Of a stretch of DNA of 64,000 nt, positions 47,083 through 57,196 are shown in pieces (position 1 is the stretch's first letter; the number at the start of each line of letters is the position of its first letter). Position numbers and translations under genes: made by a program. The stretch covers positions 1,152,001 through 1,216,000 of the forward strand of contig JBGAHS010000001.1 in NCBI GenBank assembly GCA_044226015.1. The letters are read 5' to 3'. The DNA is from Candidatus Obscuribacteraceae bacterium (GTDB lineage: Bacteria > Cyanobacteriota > Vampirovibrionia > Obscuribacterales > Obscuribacteraceae). A model generated the notes under the pieces. The model was not told where the DNA came from. It did no database searches and was given only the letters and a program-made list of their open reading frames with translations.

Positions 47083-49284
47083 TTAAGTAGGCATGTATGG
47101 TTTATCCAAGGCTGGCATATGATGCGGCTCAAGCTGAGATTGTTCTACACGCAAAGAAGGTGAATTCACTTCCTTATATGGGGATTTTTGTGTGAATAGC
47201 AGTTGAAAGTCGCTTAATTTGAGACATGCCCGCAAGCCATGAGCTGCTTCTGCTGTTGAAAATCTGGTCATTTTGTCTTTCGCATCAATGGCACTCATTA
47301 TATTGAGGCTTCCATCCCACGCCAGAACCTGATGATCAATGAAGGCTGCTTTCTGGTGGCACTCGGAAAGGACGTATATTTGTGCTCCAAGCTCTCTTAA
47401 CTTATGCAGGCTGCTCCAAACAGAGCTTTCGTCAATGCTTCCATGTTCGCAAGGTGGGCGAGTATAGATCGTCACTTTGACTCCACGATTGATCAATCTT
47501 GCAAGTCTCTGAAGCATTGTCGCCGAGCGCCATTTCCCGACGAATCCCGTTACGATTTCAAGGCTTTCCCTGCATCTTTCGAGATCTTGATAGAAAACAG
47601 GCCAAAATGATTGTGCATCATAAAATTGTGTTTCAGCTGCACTTCTTTCCAGTTTTGCAGGAGCTTCCAACATAGAAACGATGCTATTTCTATCAGCCTC
47701 CTGGTCAGAGCAGATTTGCAACCAGTCAAAAATATTTCCGCCAAGCCATTTCGTCACTATCGCCTTCTCGGACTTTGGCGTGCTTTGCAGTGGCTTGTAT
47801 TCACCTATTAATGTAACCGCCTTCTTTGCCATGCTTGCTGCCCAGTAAAGCGTGGCTGGTGTGGACTGGCTCGGCTCATCGACTATGAGTACGTCTGCGT
47901 TGAAGAAGTCTCTGCCGTAGCTTGTAGTTTTCATAATTGTGGTGGCAATTAATTTTGCGTCGTTAATTAGCGCAGCCGTATTTAGTGCTGGTGTTTTATC
48001 AAGTACACTTTTGCTCTTTTTTGAGTCTAAAATGTCTTGCTCTAGGGCTTTTTCGAGCAGCTCGATGTTTGTCTCTTCTGTTCGGAACTGTCTAAGTTGC
48101 TTTTCTATTTTCTCCGTCAGCTCCATCAATTGAGAATAGAGCTTTTGTTGTTCAGCAGCTAGTGTGATGCACAGTTTGTCAATGTCAACGGCTTTATTGA
48201 CGAGCATATTCATCCGCTCGAAACAGTCCCTACCGCTTGCAATTAACCGTGCTGTCTCTGCGGTTTTATCGAAGTTTTGACTGATAGCTAAGTATGCTTT
48301 CTCTAGCTCTTTGTGTTCTTGTTCAATTGTTTTTCTTTGAGAAAGTAAGCTGCCTAGTTCGATCGAACATTTTTCCGACTTCTCTCTCAGGAGATTGCGC
48401 TCTTGAATCTGAATCTGAAGTTGTTTGAGTTCTGCTTTTATTTGGACGCAAAAATCAAGCCTCTTATCGATGGCAAGCGCATTCTCTGCGCGTTCGCTCT
48501 GATCTTTACTTAGAAGTTCTTTCACAGAAAGCAGCGGAAAACGCTCGGCTAGCTCTGACGATTTGAGTTCGCCCAGTCGCAGTATTTGCCGGTTTTTGTA
48601 GTAAGTGTTTTCTAGATGCTCTGCCACCGCAGAAACTGCAGAATCTACACCGGCATTCGTTTGGCTGACCAGCAAGACTTTTCGACCAGCATTCATGTGT
48701 GCTTCAACAATGCTTGCAAGCAAGCGGGTTCTGTCTTCACCTGCTGGTCCCCAGATCACCGAAAGAGAGTGGGTAAGTGTGTGTTGAATAGCCTTGTTCT
48801 GGCGCGCGGTCAGTGCATTGTCGGTGCTGAGTGATTGCGCCAAGTCTGTGACTGTAATTCTGCTTGCTCTGGAATCCAGCATTGCTTCCGCTAATTCAAA
48901 CTTGTGCACTTCGCGAAAGTTATCTAGAAGTTTTTGTTTGAGGAACTCTAATGGAAGATTGGTCGCAGATGTTAGTACCGCATATGGTATCGTTTTGCCT
49001 AGATTGACTTCCGTCCTGACTTTGACTTGCTGATTGTCACGATAGATTAGTTCTGCCTTGTAAGCGCCGTTCTCGGTTTTTATTGATAGAAATCTTTCAG
49101 AGATTTCCACATTTTGGTCTAGCAATTGAAATGAGTACGTGAATTTCGTCAGATTATTAGCTAGCTCACCATTGAATAGTTTGCTAATTTCAACTGATTC
49201 ACTTTGAAAGGCTTGAATCTCTTCCTCGATAGCCTGAACTATCTCAAGGATTCTTGCCTGAGTCCGACTCATATTCAATTTCAC
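47083..49284 (-). CDS. Degenerate superfamily-1 (Upf1/DNA2-like) helicase N-domain fused to a PLD-family nuclease domain
   Basis: QNKAI, WGPAGEDRT, SQTNAGVD, ILRLG, LIVDEPSQ; C-terminal HQKAAFID...WDGSLN. Confidence 0.75.
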   Translation of the reverse strand: MKLNMSRTQARILEIVQAIEEEIQAFQSESVEISKLFNGELANNLTKFTYSFQLLDQNVEISERFLSIKTENGAYKAELIYRDNQQVKVRTEVNLGKTIPYAVLTSATNLPLEFLKQKLLDNFREVHKFELAEAMLDSRASRITVTDLAQSLSTDNALTARQNKAIQHTLTHSLSVIWGPAGEDRTRLLASIVEAHMNAGRKVLLVSQTNAGVDSAVSAVAEHLENTYYKNRQILRLGELKSSELAERFPLLSVKELLSKDQSERAENALAIDKRLDFCVQIKAELKQLQIQIQERNLLREKSEKCSIELGSLLSQRKTIEQEHKELEKAYLAISQNFDKTAETARLIASGRDCFERMNMLVNKAVDIDKLCITLAAEQQKLYSQLMELTEKIEKQLRQFRTEETNIELLEKALEQDILDSKKSKSVLDKTPALNTAALINDAKLIATTIMKTTSYGRDFFNADVLIVDEPSQSTPATLYWAASMAKKAVTLIGEYKPLQSTPKSEKAIVTKWLGGNIFDWLQICSDQEADRNSIVSMLEAPAKLERSAAETQFYDAQSFWPVFYQDLERCRESLEIVTGFVGKWRSATMLQRLARLINRGVKVTIYTRPPCEHGSIDESSVWSSLHKLRELGAQIYVLSECHQKAAFIDHQVLAWDGSLNIMSAIDAKDKMTRFSTAEAAHGLRACLKLSDFQLLFTQKSPYKEVNSPSLRVEQSQLEPHHMPALDKPYMPT

Positions 49285-49471
49285 CTTAAACCACAGTTGG
49301 GATGTTAAAGATTAATTTGAAAAAGAGGCAGTCGGTTTCCCGCAAAGGCGGGCTTTAACACCAGGCTATGCGACTGGCTGCGCTAGCGCGAACGTCAATT
49401 TTCTTTTTCAATTCAGAGGCGCGTGTATCTTGTTATTTGTTGTGGAATAGGGTTCTTGGTTACTCATAGGG

Positions 49472-51034
49472 TTGTGCAGCAGACCATTGAAGGATGAAGC
49501 CGTGACTACTGAAAGTTTGTGGAAACTTGAAATCAAGCATGACAGCAAGGGACGAATTGAAACAATTCGACGTCCTGATGGACGGAGCGTTAATTGCGAA
49601 TACGATAGCCAGGGTCTTCTGGTGCGATTCAAGTTTCCTGTCGATGGCGATTGGAGCAGAAATGCTGATGCCTGGCTTAGACATGATAAAAACGGCAATG
49701 TTATAGATCAACTTCGCGGCGAAATCACAGTTAGTTCGAACGGCGACCTTTCGATAGTGGATGTTGAAGCTGGTGAAACTGAGGTATGTCACGCTGATGG
49801 TTCTTTGACCACTCGGTATTCAAACGGCTCAAGTCTCACGCGCAGCCGAGATGGACTTGTTCTCGGCATTACGCATCCGAACGGGCGCTCAGACACTATG
49901 GAATACGATGAGCATCGCAATTTACGTCGAGTCATCTTGCCTGACCGTGGTGAATGGTTGAAGACTGACAAAGGGTGGTTGCGCCGAGATGCAAATGGAT
50001 TGCCCGTAGAAGTCGTAGATGGTGAAATATCTGTACGCGACAACGGTGACATTGTTCTCTATGACTTCAAAACTGGAGAAACCGATACAACTCACTTAAA
50101 CGGCTCAATAAGTATTGGGAATGCGGACGGCTCGCAAATGACCGTCGATTTTAAAGGCAGAGTTCTGGCTGTTACACGACCAGATGGAAAATGGGCTGTC
50201 TGCGAATACGATGATACTGGAAGGCTCATGAAGGTTCGTCTGGATATTGGTGATTGGCACAGGGTTGATCTCGCCTGGGAACGCCTGGATGAGCAAGGAA
50301 ATGTTGTAGATAGATTAGACGGCGATATGACTGTCACCGCAGATGGTGATGTTGTCCTTCGGGACAGAGCTGGTTTTGCGGAGATCAGCCATCTCGACGG
50401 CTCACTCACTCTAGCTAATCCCGATGGGTCCAGGCTGACCAAGTCTGCTGATGGAAAGGTAATTGCGATTACTCATCCTAACGGCGGTTGTGACTCGATT
50501 GAATATGACTCTGCGGGGCAAGTGCAGAGGATTGTTTTGCCTGATGACGGAGCATGGATCCGCTCATCCGAAGGCTGGCAACGTGTTGATGACGAAGGCA
50601 ATCTCATCGAGGAAATAAGAGGCGAGATTCTGGTTTCAGATGAGGGTGACCTTGTATTGGTTGATCATGCAAGTGGTGAAACCGACATCACACACCTCGA
50701 CGGAACGGTCACCGTCATTAATTCTGATAATTCACAGATAACGATAAATGCACGTGGTCAGGTAATTGCTCTTACGCAAGTTGATGGCAACTCCATAAGA
50801 GTTGAGTACGCGTCCGATCACAGCGCGTGCAAAATTATTTTTCCAGGAGGCGACAGCTGGAGCCGCGTAGCTGAAGGCTGGGCGCGATTGGATGAAGAAG
50901 GGCACACCATTGATATGCTCTACGGAAAAATCATTGTGGATGAAAATGCATCAATTATCCTCGTCGATGAACAAGCTCAAGAGATGGAAATCAGCTATCT
51001 CGATGGCAGCCACGAAGTCAAACCACTTGCTTAA
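49472..51034 (+). CDS. YD/RHS-like internal repeat protein (about five ~100-aa units)
   Basis: Recurring I..PNG....EYD..G....I..PD.G.W.R....W.R.D..G...G.I.V...GD units. Confidence 0.7.
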   Translation: MCSRPLKDEAVTTESLWKLEIKHDSKGRIETIRRPDGRSVNCEYDSQGLLVRFKFPVDGDWSRNADAWLRHDKNGNVIDQLRGEITVSSNGDLSIVDVEAGETEVCHADGSLTTRYSNGSSLTRSRDGLVLGITHPNGRSDTMEYDEHRNLRRVILPDRGEWLKTDKGWLRRDANGLPVEVVDGEISVRDNGDIVLYDFKTGETDTTHLNGSISIGNADGSQMTVDFKGRVLAVTRPDGKWAVCEYDDTGRLMKVRLDIGDWHRVDLAWERLDEQGNVVDRLDGDMTVTADGDVVLRDRAGFAEISHLDGSLTLANPDGSRLTKSADGKVIAITHPNGGCDSIEYDSAGQVQRIVLPDDGAWIRSSEGWQRVDDEGNLIEEIRGEILVSDEGDLVLVDHASGETDITHLDGTVTVINSDNSQITINARGQVIALTQVDGNSIRVEYASDHSACKIIFPGGDSWSRVAEGWARLDEEGHTIDMLYGKIIVDENASIILVDEQAQEMEISYLDGSHEVKPLA

Positions 51035-51132
51035 AGCTTCTTGACTCTAAGGACTCTCAAGGTTAGTGAGTTAGAGGCTGACGACTGCAGGGGATGCAGT
51101 CGTCAGCAATGTACTTGGGACGGGGAAAAGCT

Positions 51133-51498
51133 TTAATAGTAGCGGACCTTACCAGGACCTGGTGGATTGTATGTCCAGCCCCGTCCATTTCCGCCAACGG
51201 GTCCTGCCGGATTGTAGTGCCAGTATTTTCCGTGACCAGCACCTCCTTGCGGTCCTGGAGGATTAGCACCATAGCCGTAATAGTTGTGATAGTTTTGGTA
51301 GACCGTTTTTCCGGGACCAGGTGGATTGTAGACCCATCCTCTCCCCGCGCCGCCTTTAGCTCCAGCAGGGTTGAAATGCCAGTATTTACCATGTCCTGGA
51401 CCGCCAGCGCGACCGGGAGGGTTGTATGACCACGCTTCTTGCATCGACGTGAGTCCCAGACCCATCACTAATGCCAATGCCATAATGTTTAATTTCAT
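51133..51498 (-). CDS. Secreted Gly/Pro/aromatic repeat protein (NPxG repeats)
   Basis: Signal peptide, GGAG RBS, two ~54-aa internal repeats. Confidence 0.7.
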   Translation of the reverse strand: MKLNIMALALVMGLGLTSMQEAWSYNPPGRAGGPGHGKYWHFNPAGAKGGAGRGWVYNPPGPGKTVYQNYHNYYGYGANPPGPQGGAGHGKYWHYNPAGPVGGNGRGWTYNPPGPGKVRYY

Positions 51499-51637
51499 AT
51501 TTTTATCTCCGTGTAAGTTTGCCTTACACCTCTATAAACGTAAAAACCTTGCAAAGGGTTCAATTTTTTTCCAAAAAATTTTTCCAGAAAACAAAAATGT
51601 TATCCTTTGCAATAAATGTCATCGGAAATCCATAAAA

Positions 51638-52159
51638 ATGAACACTAAAAACGCCAGATCGTTCTTTGCTGCACTTACGGTTACAGTTTCAACACTTTGT
51701 TCTGCTAGCGCTTTTGCGGCACCTTCAATCCAAACTGATAGCAAAACTAGTTCAACTGAAGCTGTTCCAGGCAGCGAGAAAACAAAAAGCGAGAAGACTA
51801 GCGTTGCGGGCAAATCCGAACTTGCCAAAAATAATCAGGCACTTGTAGAGGGCGATTGGGTTTCCGAATGGGGACCTGTTTTATTCAAGAAGGATGCCGC
51901 CGGAGTTTACTCGGGACAGTGGAACGAAGGAAAAGACGGTAAAGACAAAATTGGCAAAATTGAGCATGGCAAGCTGGACGAGAAGACATCTGCGTTCGAG
52001 TTTGATTTTCGCGAGACATGGACAGGTCTTGCGGGTCACGCCAAGCTAAAATTGTCTGCTGACAAGAAGAAGCTGAGTGGTGACTGGACTAGAGAAAAGA
52101 AAAAGGGAAGCACGGAAAAGGACAAAGGCACCTGGTCCATGACGCGTCCTGCTAAATAA
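51638..52159 (+). CDS. Secreted hypothetical protein (beta-barrel-like C-domain)
   Basis: Start set at MNTKNARSFF (signal peptide); GDWVSEWG...LSGDW. Confidence 0.6.
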   Translation: MNTKNARSFFAALTVTVSTLCSASAFAAPSIQTDSKTSSTEAVPGSEKTKSEKTSVAGKSELAKNNQALVEGDWVSEWGPVLFKKDAAGVYSGQWNEGKDGKDKIGKIEHGKLDEKTSAFEFDFRETWTGLAGHAKLKLSADKKKLSGDWTREKKKGSTEKDKGTWSMTRPAK

Positions 52160-52164
52160 GTGAA

Positions 52165-52722
52165 GTGAACACAATCTATTCAAAAGAAGAGCTTATAGAA
52201 GCGATCAAAAATGGCTCGCGGTTTAGTTTTACCTTCTTCTGGGGACATCGTAGCACCGCTGATAGTGGCGTTGGACCCAGCTGCATGAGTCAGTGGTTTT
52301 CAGCTAGTTTCAAAATTGATGACACCACTTACGCCACTGCCGAGCATTATATGATGGCTGAGAAAGCAAAACTGTTCAAAGACGAGAAACTCCGCTCTTT
52401 AATTTTGGAGGCAGCTTCGCCAAACGAAGCAAAAGGGCTCGGCCGAAAAATCAAAAACTTCGACGAGGAAGTCTGGTGCGCTAACCGATTTGAAATTGTT
52501 GTGAAGGGCAGTATAGAAAAATTCTCGCAAAACCCTCGCCTCGGCAATTACCTGAAATCTACGGCGCCTACAATTTTGGTGGAAGCGAGCCCCGTTGACG
52601 CGATTTGGGGAATTGGTCTGCATCGCGACGACCCCTCAGCTGGCGACCCTGCGTCGTGGAACGGGCTTAACCTATTAGGTTTTGCCCTCATGAAAGCTAG
52701 AGATACCTTACTCAGCAAATAA
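52165..52722 (+). CDS. NADAR (YbiA-like) family protein
   Basis: FFWGH, SQWF, TAEHYMMAEKA.LF.D, K.LGRKIKNFD, VEASPVDAIWGIG, GLNLLGFALM. Confidence 0.92.
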   Translation: MNTIYSKEELIEAIKNGSRFSFTFFWGHRSTADSGVGPSCMSQWFSASFKIDDTTYATAEHYMMAEKAKLFKDEKLRSLILEAASPNEAKGLGRKIKNFDEEVWCANRFEIVVKGSIEKFSQNPRLGNYLKSTAPTILVEASPVDAIWGIGLHRDDPSAGDPASWNGLNLLGFALMKARDTLLSK

Positions 52723-52757
52723 GGTATACTCCTGCATATGGCAATGGGAGAGTCAAA

Positions 52758-53501
52758 GTGTTTCCGCTTTCTGATGATAACAGCGACCGGCAGACAACGC
52801 CCTGGGTCAATTACATTGTTATAGCTTTAAACGTTATTGTGTTTGTGTTTTTTCAGGCTCTTGGTCAAAACGAGGCGTTCAACAACGCCTTCTCGTGCAT
52901 TCCAAGAGAAATCGCGACTGGTCATGATATCGTAGGACCGATGCGTATAAGTGATGCCTCAGGACAGAGCACAACGTTGATGCATTACCTGACCCCAGGC
53001 TCGGTTTATGTAACTCTGGTTACGTCCATGTTCATGCATGGCGGACTTGCCCACATCGGTGGCAACATGTTGTATCTGTGGATTTTTGGCGATAACCTGG
53101 AAGATCTCATGGGACACTTCAAGTATTTTGTTTTCTACTTGCTCTGCGGAATCGCTGCAAGCATGTCTCACGTTATTTGCACTGAGCTAATGAACCTAAA
53201 TGACGTTATACCATCTCTCGGCGCTTCTGGTGCCATCTCCGGCGTACTAGGTGGGTACATCTTGTTGTTTCCAAATCGGCGCGTCACCGTGATTTTTTTG
53301 AGACAAGTAATGCACGTTCCAGCATATGCATGTCTGGGATTATGGATACTAATGCAGCTCGCTGATAGCATGGGATGGCTGGGCGGACAGGCTGACACCT
53401 CTGGCGTTGCTTATGCTGCTCACATCGGTGGTTTTGTTGCCGGAATTTCACTGGTGAAACTCTTTGCCAAGCCCATTCAGACTCGTTCTAGCTACTACTA
53501 A
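52758..53501 (+). CDS. Rhomboid-family intramembrane serine protease
   Basis: TSMFMHGG..H..GNM, GASGAISG, AHIGG. Confidence 0.93.
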   Translation: MFPLSDDNSDRQTTPWVNYIVIALNVIVFVFFQALGQNEAFNNAFSCIPREIATGHDIVGPMRISDASGQSTTLMHYLTPGSVYVTLVTSMFMHGGLAHIGGNMLYLWIFGDNLEDLMGHFKYFVFYLLCGIAASMSHVICTELMNLNDVIPSLGASGAISGVLGGYILLFPNRRVTVIFLRQVMHVPAYACLGLWILMQLADSMGWLGGQADTSGVAYAAHIGGFVAGISLVKLFAKPIQTRSSYY

Positions 53502-53582
53502 GGAGTCGATTCGCTTGTTGTTTTTTTACAAAGGGAAATCGCTCTGCTTGTCCTGCTTATAATTCATGCAGGGAGAACAGCG

Positions 53583-54842
53583 TTGAGAATCATCATTACA
53601 GCGATAGGCAGCTCGGGCGACATAAATCCGATGGTGACCATTGCCAGTAAGCTGCAGGGGATGGGACACGAAGTCGTTTTCATCGCAAGCCCTGTTTTCC
53701 ATGAAAAAGTGTCGCGGCATGGCATTATATTTGAGCCGCTTGGAACTGAAGAAGACTACTACACTGCTGTTTCGGACCCCGATGCCTGGAAGCTGGAAAA
53801 TGCCTTTGGCGCAGTTTGGAAATATGTGATTAAAGCTGCTGAATTGAATTTCGATGCGATAAAGAAACACATAAGGGAAAATCAGACATTGCTAATTGGT
53901 ACCAGTCTGGCAATTGGTGCAAGATTCGTACAAGAAAGGATGGGACTGCCACTAGCGACGGTGCACCTTTCGCCATCACTTATGTTGTCAGCTTATGACA
54001 CACCTAAGTCTGATACCAATCCGATTCCTGAGTGGGCACCTACTTTTGTCAAATCACTTTTTTTCGGCTTTTGCGAAAAGACCTTTCTCGATCCAATCTG
54101 TATGCCGCCTCTGAATGCCGTTCGTGCTCGATTGAGTTTGCCGCCGGTAAACAATGTAATGACCCGGTGGATTCACTCTCCCGAACTCGTTCTCTGTGCT
54201 TTTCCTGAATGGTTTGCAGCTGTTCAACCAGACTGGCCGCCGAATTGTTACAACACCAATTTCCCGCTTTTTAAGACCGAGTTCGATCCCCCCCTTCTTC
54301 CCGAGATTGAGCAATTTCTCGACGCAGGTGAAGCACCGATTGCCGTCACGGCCGGTACGGCGATGGCGTTCGCTCGACCGTTCCTGGAACGGGGGCTCGA
54401 GATGTCTAAACTTTTGAACCGCCGTTGTTTGCTGGTTTGTAATTTCAAGGAACAGTTGCCGCCCGATTTGCCCGATTGGGCTTTGCATGTGAGTTATGCC
54501 AATTTTCAGGCATTGTTTAAGCGCGTATCCATGGCTGTTCATCACGGTGGCATCGGAACCAGTGCGATGGCCATTTATTGTGGAACGCCTCAGATGATTT
54601 CTCCTTTCGCCCATGACCAGTCTGACAATGCTATGCGCTTGCAGAAAATTGGGCTGGCCCGGGCGGTTTCGTTAAAAGATGGCGCCAAGACCTGGGCTAA
54701 AGCCGGAGAGGGTCTTATGAGTGAAAAGGTGAAACAGGACTGCCTTAGCTTTCAGCGGAAGTTAGAGTCGCAGCCATCTGGGACGGATACTATGATTGAA
54801 CTGATACAGAAGAAATTGATTAAACCGCAAATGTCCCGTTGA
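53583..54842 (+). CDS. GT1-family (UDP) glycosyltransferase, RhlB-like
   Basis: GSSGDINP, HHGGIGT, PFAHDQSDNA. Confidence 0.9.
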   Translation: MRIIITAIGSSGDINPMVTIASKLQGMGHEVVFIASPVFHEKVSRHGIIFEPLGTEEDYYTAVSDPDAWKLENAFGAVWKYVIKAAELNFDAIKKHIRENQTLLIGTSLAIGARFVQERMGLPLATVHLSPSLMLSAYDTPKSDTNPIPEWAPTFVKSLFFGFCEKTFLDPICMPPLNAVRARLSLPPVNNVMTRWIHSPELVLCAFPEWFAAVQPDWPPNCYNTNFPLFKTEFDPPLLPEIEQFLDAGEAPIAVTAGTAMAFARPFLERGLEMSKLLNRRCLLVCNFKEQLPPDLPDWALHVSYANFQALFKRVSMAVHHGGIGTSAMAIYCGTPQMISPFAHDQSDNAMRLQKIGLARAVSLKDGAKTWAKAGEGLMSEKVKQDCLSFQRKLESQPSGTDTMIELIQKKLIKPQMSR

Positions 54843-54961
54843 GACGGCATTTCTGCTATCTTCGCCAGCGAGCCATGCTTCTAATTTTGGATCGGTTTCC
54901 TTTGTCACAAATCGCATGTTTGATGCCTTTGCGTGGAACAAAGTAAAGCGGAGGATAGAAT

Positions 54962-57175
54962 TTGACTGCTGACGCCGACCTATACGAAGTTGATGAGCTT
55001 CCAGAATTAAAAATTCTAGAGCCAGACAGCATTGTTGCTGAGCGCTACCGCATTATCGAGGTGCTCGGAAAGGGTGGCATGGGCGTGGTCTACAAAGCTG
55101 AGCATATCCATATGAACCGCTTTGAGGCGCTCAAGATGATGCTGCAAGCCAGCTCTGCTGCGGCTGCAGCTCAAGATTTGCGTCGATTTCAGCGGGAGGC
55201 AAAGGCCGCGAGCCTTTTGAACCATCCTAACATCGTCGCCATTCACGACTTCGGCATTTTTGAAGGCAGTGCCTACCTGTGCATGGATTATCTTGAGGGT
55301 CAGTCGCTGGATTTTGTTCTTGCGAAAAAGCCTCTGACGCTTGAGCAGTTTCGACATATTTTTGCTCAGGCTTGCGATGCCTTGCAACATGCTCATGAGA
55401 AGGGGATTGTGCATCGTGATTTGAAACCTAGCAATATCATGATCACAGAGCGTCGCAACGACCCAAATTATGTGATGATTCTCGATTTTGGGCTGGTTAA
55501 GCTAATTCAAGGCAGTGGTGACCATAAGTTGACCGCAACTAATATGGTGATTGGTAGCCCGCTGTACATGAGCCCTGAACAGTGTCGCGCCGTGGCATTG
55601 GATCACCGGTCTGATATCTATTCGCTAGGTTGTGTGATGTATGAGAGCCTAACTGGCACACCGCCATTCCTTGCTGACACAGTTTTTGATGTGATGAACG
55701 CACACATCAGCAAAGAAACGGTGCCAATGAAAGACCGTCGGCAGGGTCTATATGTGCCGACTGCGCTTGAAAAAGTAATTTCTAAAGCCATGGCAAAAGA
55801 TCCCGCTGCCCGCTACCAATCAATGAGCGATTTGGCAAAAGCTATCGAAGATTCGTTCAGTGGTGCTCCTGAATTGGCTGTCAGTGCTTCCACCCTAACT
55901 AAAGCATCCAACACTCAAGCTGCTGCAAAAAAATCAAGCCGTCGTCGGCGTGATCGTAATTTAGTGCTGGCAGGGTGGAGCATTATTGCAGGGCTCTTGC
56001 TAGTCATTGCGGGTGTGTTGTTTTTCAACTCAATTAACTCACATTCTCCAGACCGCGTTGCGTCCAAAATTCAATCAGAAACAAATGGCACAGTCAGACC
56101 TGGTCAGCTGGGAACCAAACCGATTGAACCTCTGAGCTTCAGCAATTCCATCCCGTCTGGCACGGCATCACCAGCCAACCCATCTGCAAATGGTTCTTCA
56201 TCAATTGGCAAGTTGCCACCACCACCGGTGTCTTTGAATTCGCCCACAGGAAAAACGGAGGGGCATATTCCGGTAGCGATTCCTCCTGTAAATCCTAAGT
56301 CTGCCCCGTCTGCTGATAATGAACAGTCCAGGGCACAGTCTGCCGCTCTTCCTCCCGCCCAGGCTACCTTTAGTTCGCGCCCTGCAAACTCTTCAGATGC
56401 GGACTCTGAGCAGTTGTTGCGTAGTGCTGACTCCTTATATCAAAGAAGTGAATGGAGTCCTGCCCGCAATAAGTATCTGACGTTTTTGAATCTCAGTCCG
56501 AGTCCTAAAAACGATGACCAGACCAGAGTGTATGCGAAGTTAACCGTTATTGCATCTAACCTGGGCGAATCAACTCAAGATTATTTGTCTCGCTTCAAAT
56601 ATTTGTTCAACTTCAACCAGCGTCCAATGGAAGACGACCCAGGCACGCTCTATAAATTGGCTAAAATAGCTGGTCGCGAAGACCTCAGCTTTCTGGAGAA
56701 GATTTTGCGCACAACAGTAAGTGGCTATGAAAGAATTCATAGAAGTCCAGATAGAAATACAATTATGTTAAAGATGGAATTGAGTAAGGTTTGTCTGGAA
56801 GAAGGCAAACAGAGTGATGCTGACTCTTTGCTCGCTGAAGCCGCTCGTGATGCTGCGTTTGTGGCACCGGAACTTGTTGAAGATGCGAAGCGCCATCTGG
56901 CTCAGATTCGAAGTAGGTTGAACAATAATCCAGAGTTCTCTCCATTGCCTGCTGGCGAGGGTGGTGGCTATGGAGGTGGTTACAACGGCCCGCCTAATGG
57001 TTTTCCTCCTGGTGAAAATCCTGGTGGCTTCCTGGGCCCCCCTGGTTTGAGGCGTGGACCTATGCGTGGCGGCGGTCCCTTCGGTGCTGAACCGGGTGGC
57101 GGTGGACCCATCGGTGGTGGACCAATGGGCGGCGGTCCCTTCGGTGGCGGACCCAATGGCGGCGGCTCTCGCTGA
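54962..57175 (+). CDS. Hanks-type Ser/Thr protein kinase with TM helix, Pro-rich linker, helical domain and Gly/Pro tail
   Basis: LGKGGMGVVY, ALK, HRDLKPSN, DFG, GSPLYMSPEQ, SDIYSLG. Confidence 0.95.
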   Translation: MTADADLYEVDELPELKILEPDSIVAERYRIIEVLGKGGMGVVYKAEHIHMNRFEALKMMLQASSAAAAAQDLRRFQREAKAASLLNHPNIVAIHDFGIFEGSAYLCMDYLEGQSLDFVLAKKPLTLEQFRHIFAQACDALQHAHEKGIVHRDLKPSNIMITERRNDPNYVMILDFGLVKLIQGSGDHKLTATNMVIGSPLYMSPEQCRAVALDHRSDIYSLGCVMYESLTGTPPFLADTVFDVMNAHISKETVPMKDRRQGLYVPTALEKVISKAMAKDPAARYQSMSDLAKAIEDSFSGAPELAVSASTLTKASNTQAAAKKSSRRRRDRNLVLAGWSIIAGLLLVIAGVLFFNSINSHSPDRVASKIQSETNGTVRPGQLGTKPIEPLSFSNSIPSGTASPANPSANGSSSIGKLPPPPVSLNSPTGKTEGHIPVAIPPVNPKSAPSADNEQSRAQSAALPPAQATFSSRPANSSDADSEQLLRSADSLYQRSEWSPARNKYLTFLNLSPSPKNDDQTRVYAKLTVIASNLGESTQDYLSRFKYLFNFNQRPMEDDPGTLYKLAKIAGREDLSFLEKILRTTVSGYERIHRSPDRNTIMLKMELSKVCLEEGKQSDADSLLAEAARDAAFVAPELVEDAKRHLAQIRSRLNNNPEFSPLPAGEGGGYGGGYNGPPNGFPPGENPGGFLGPPGLRRGPMRGGGPFGAEPGGGGPIGGGPMGGGPFGGGPNGGGSR

Positions 57176-57196
57176 TGATAGAATTTCAATCGGCGA

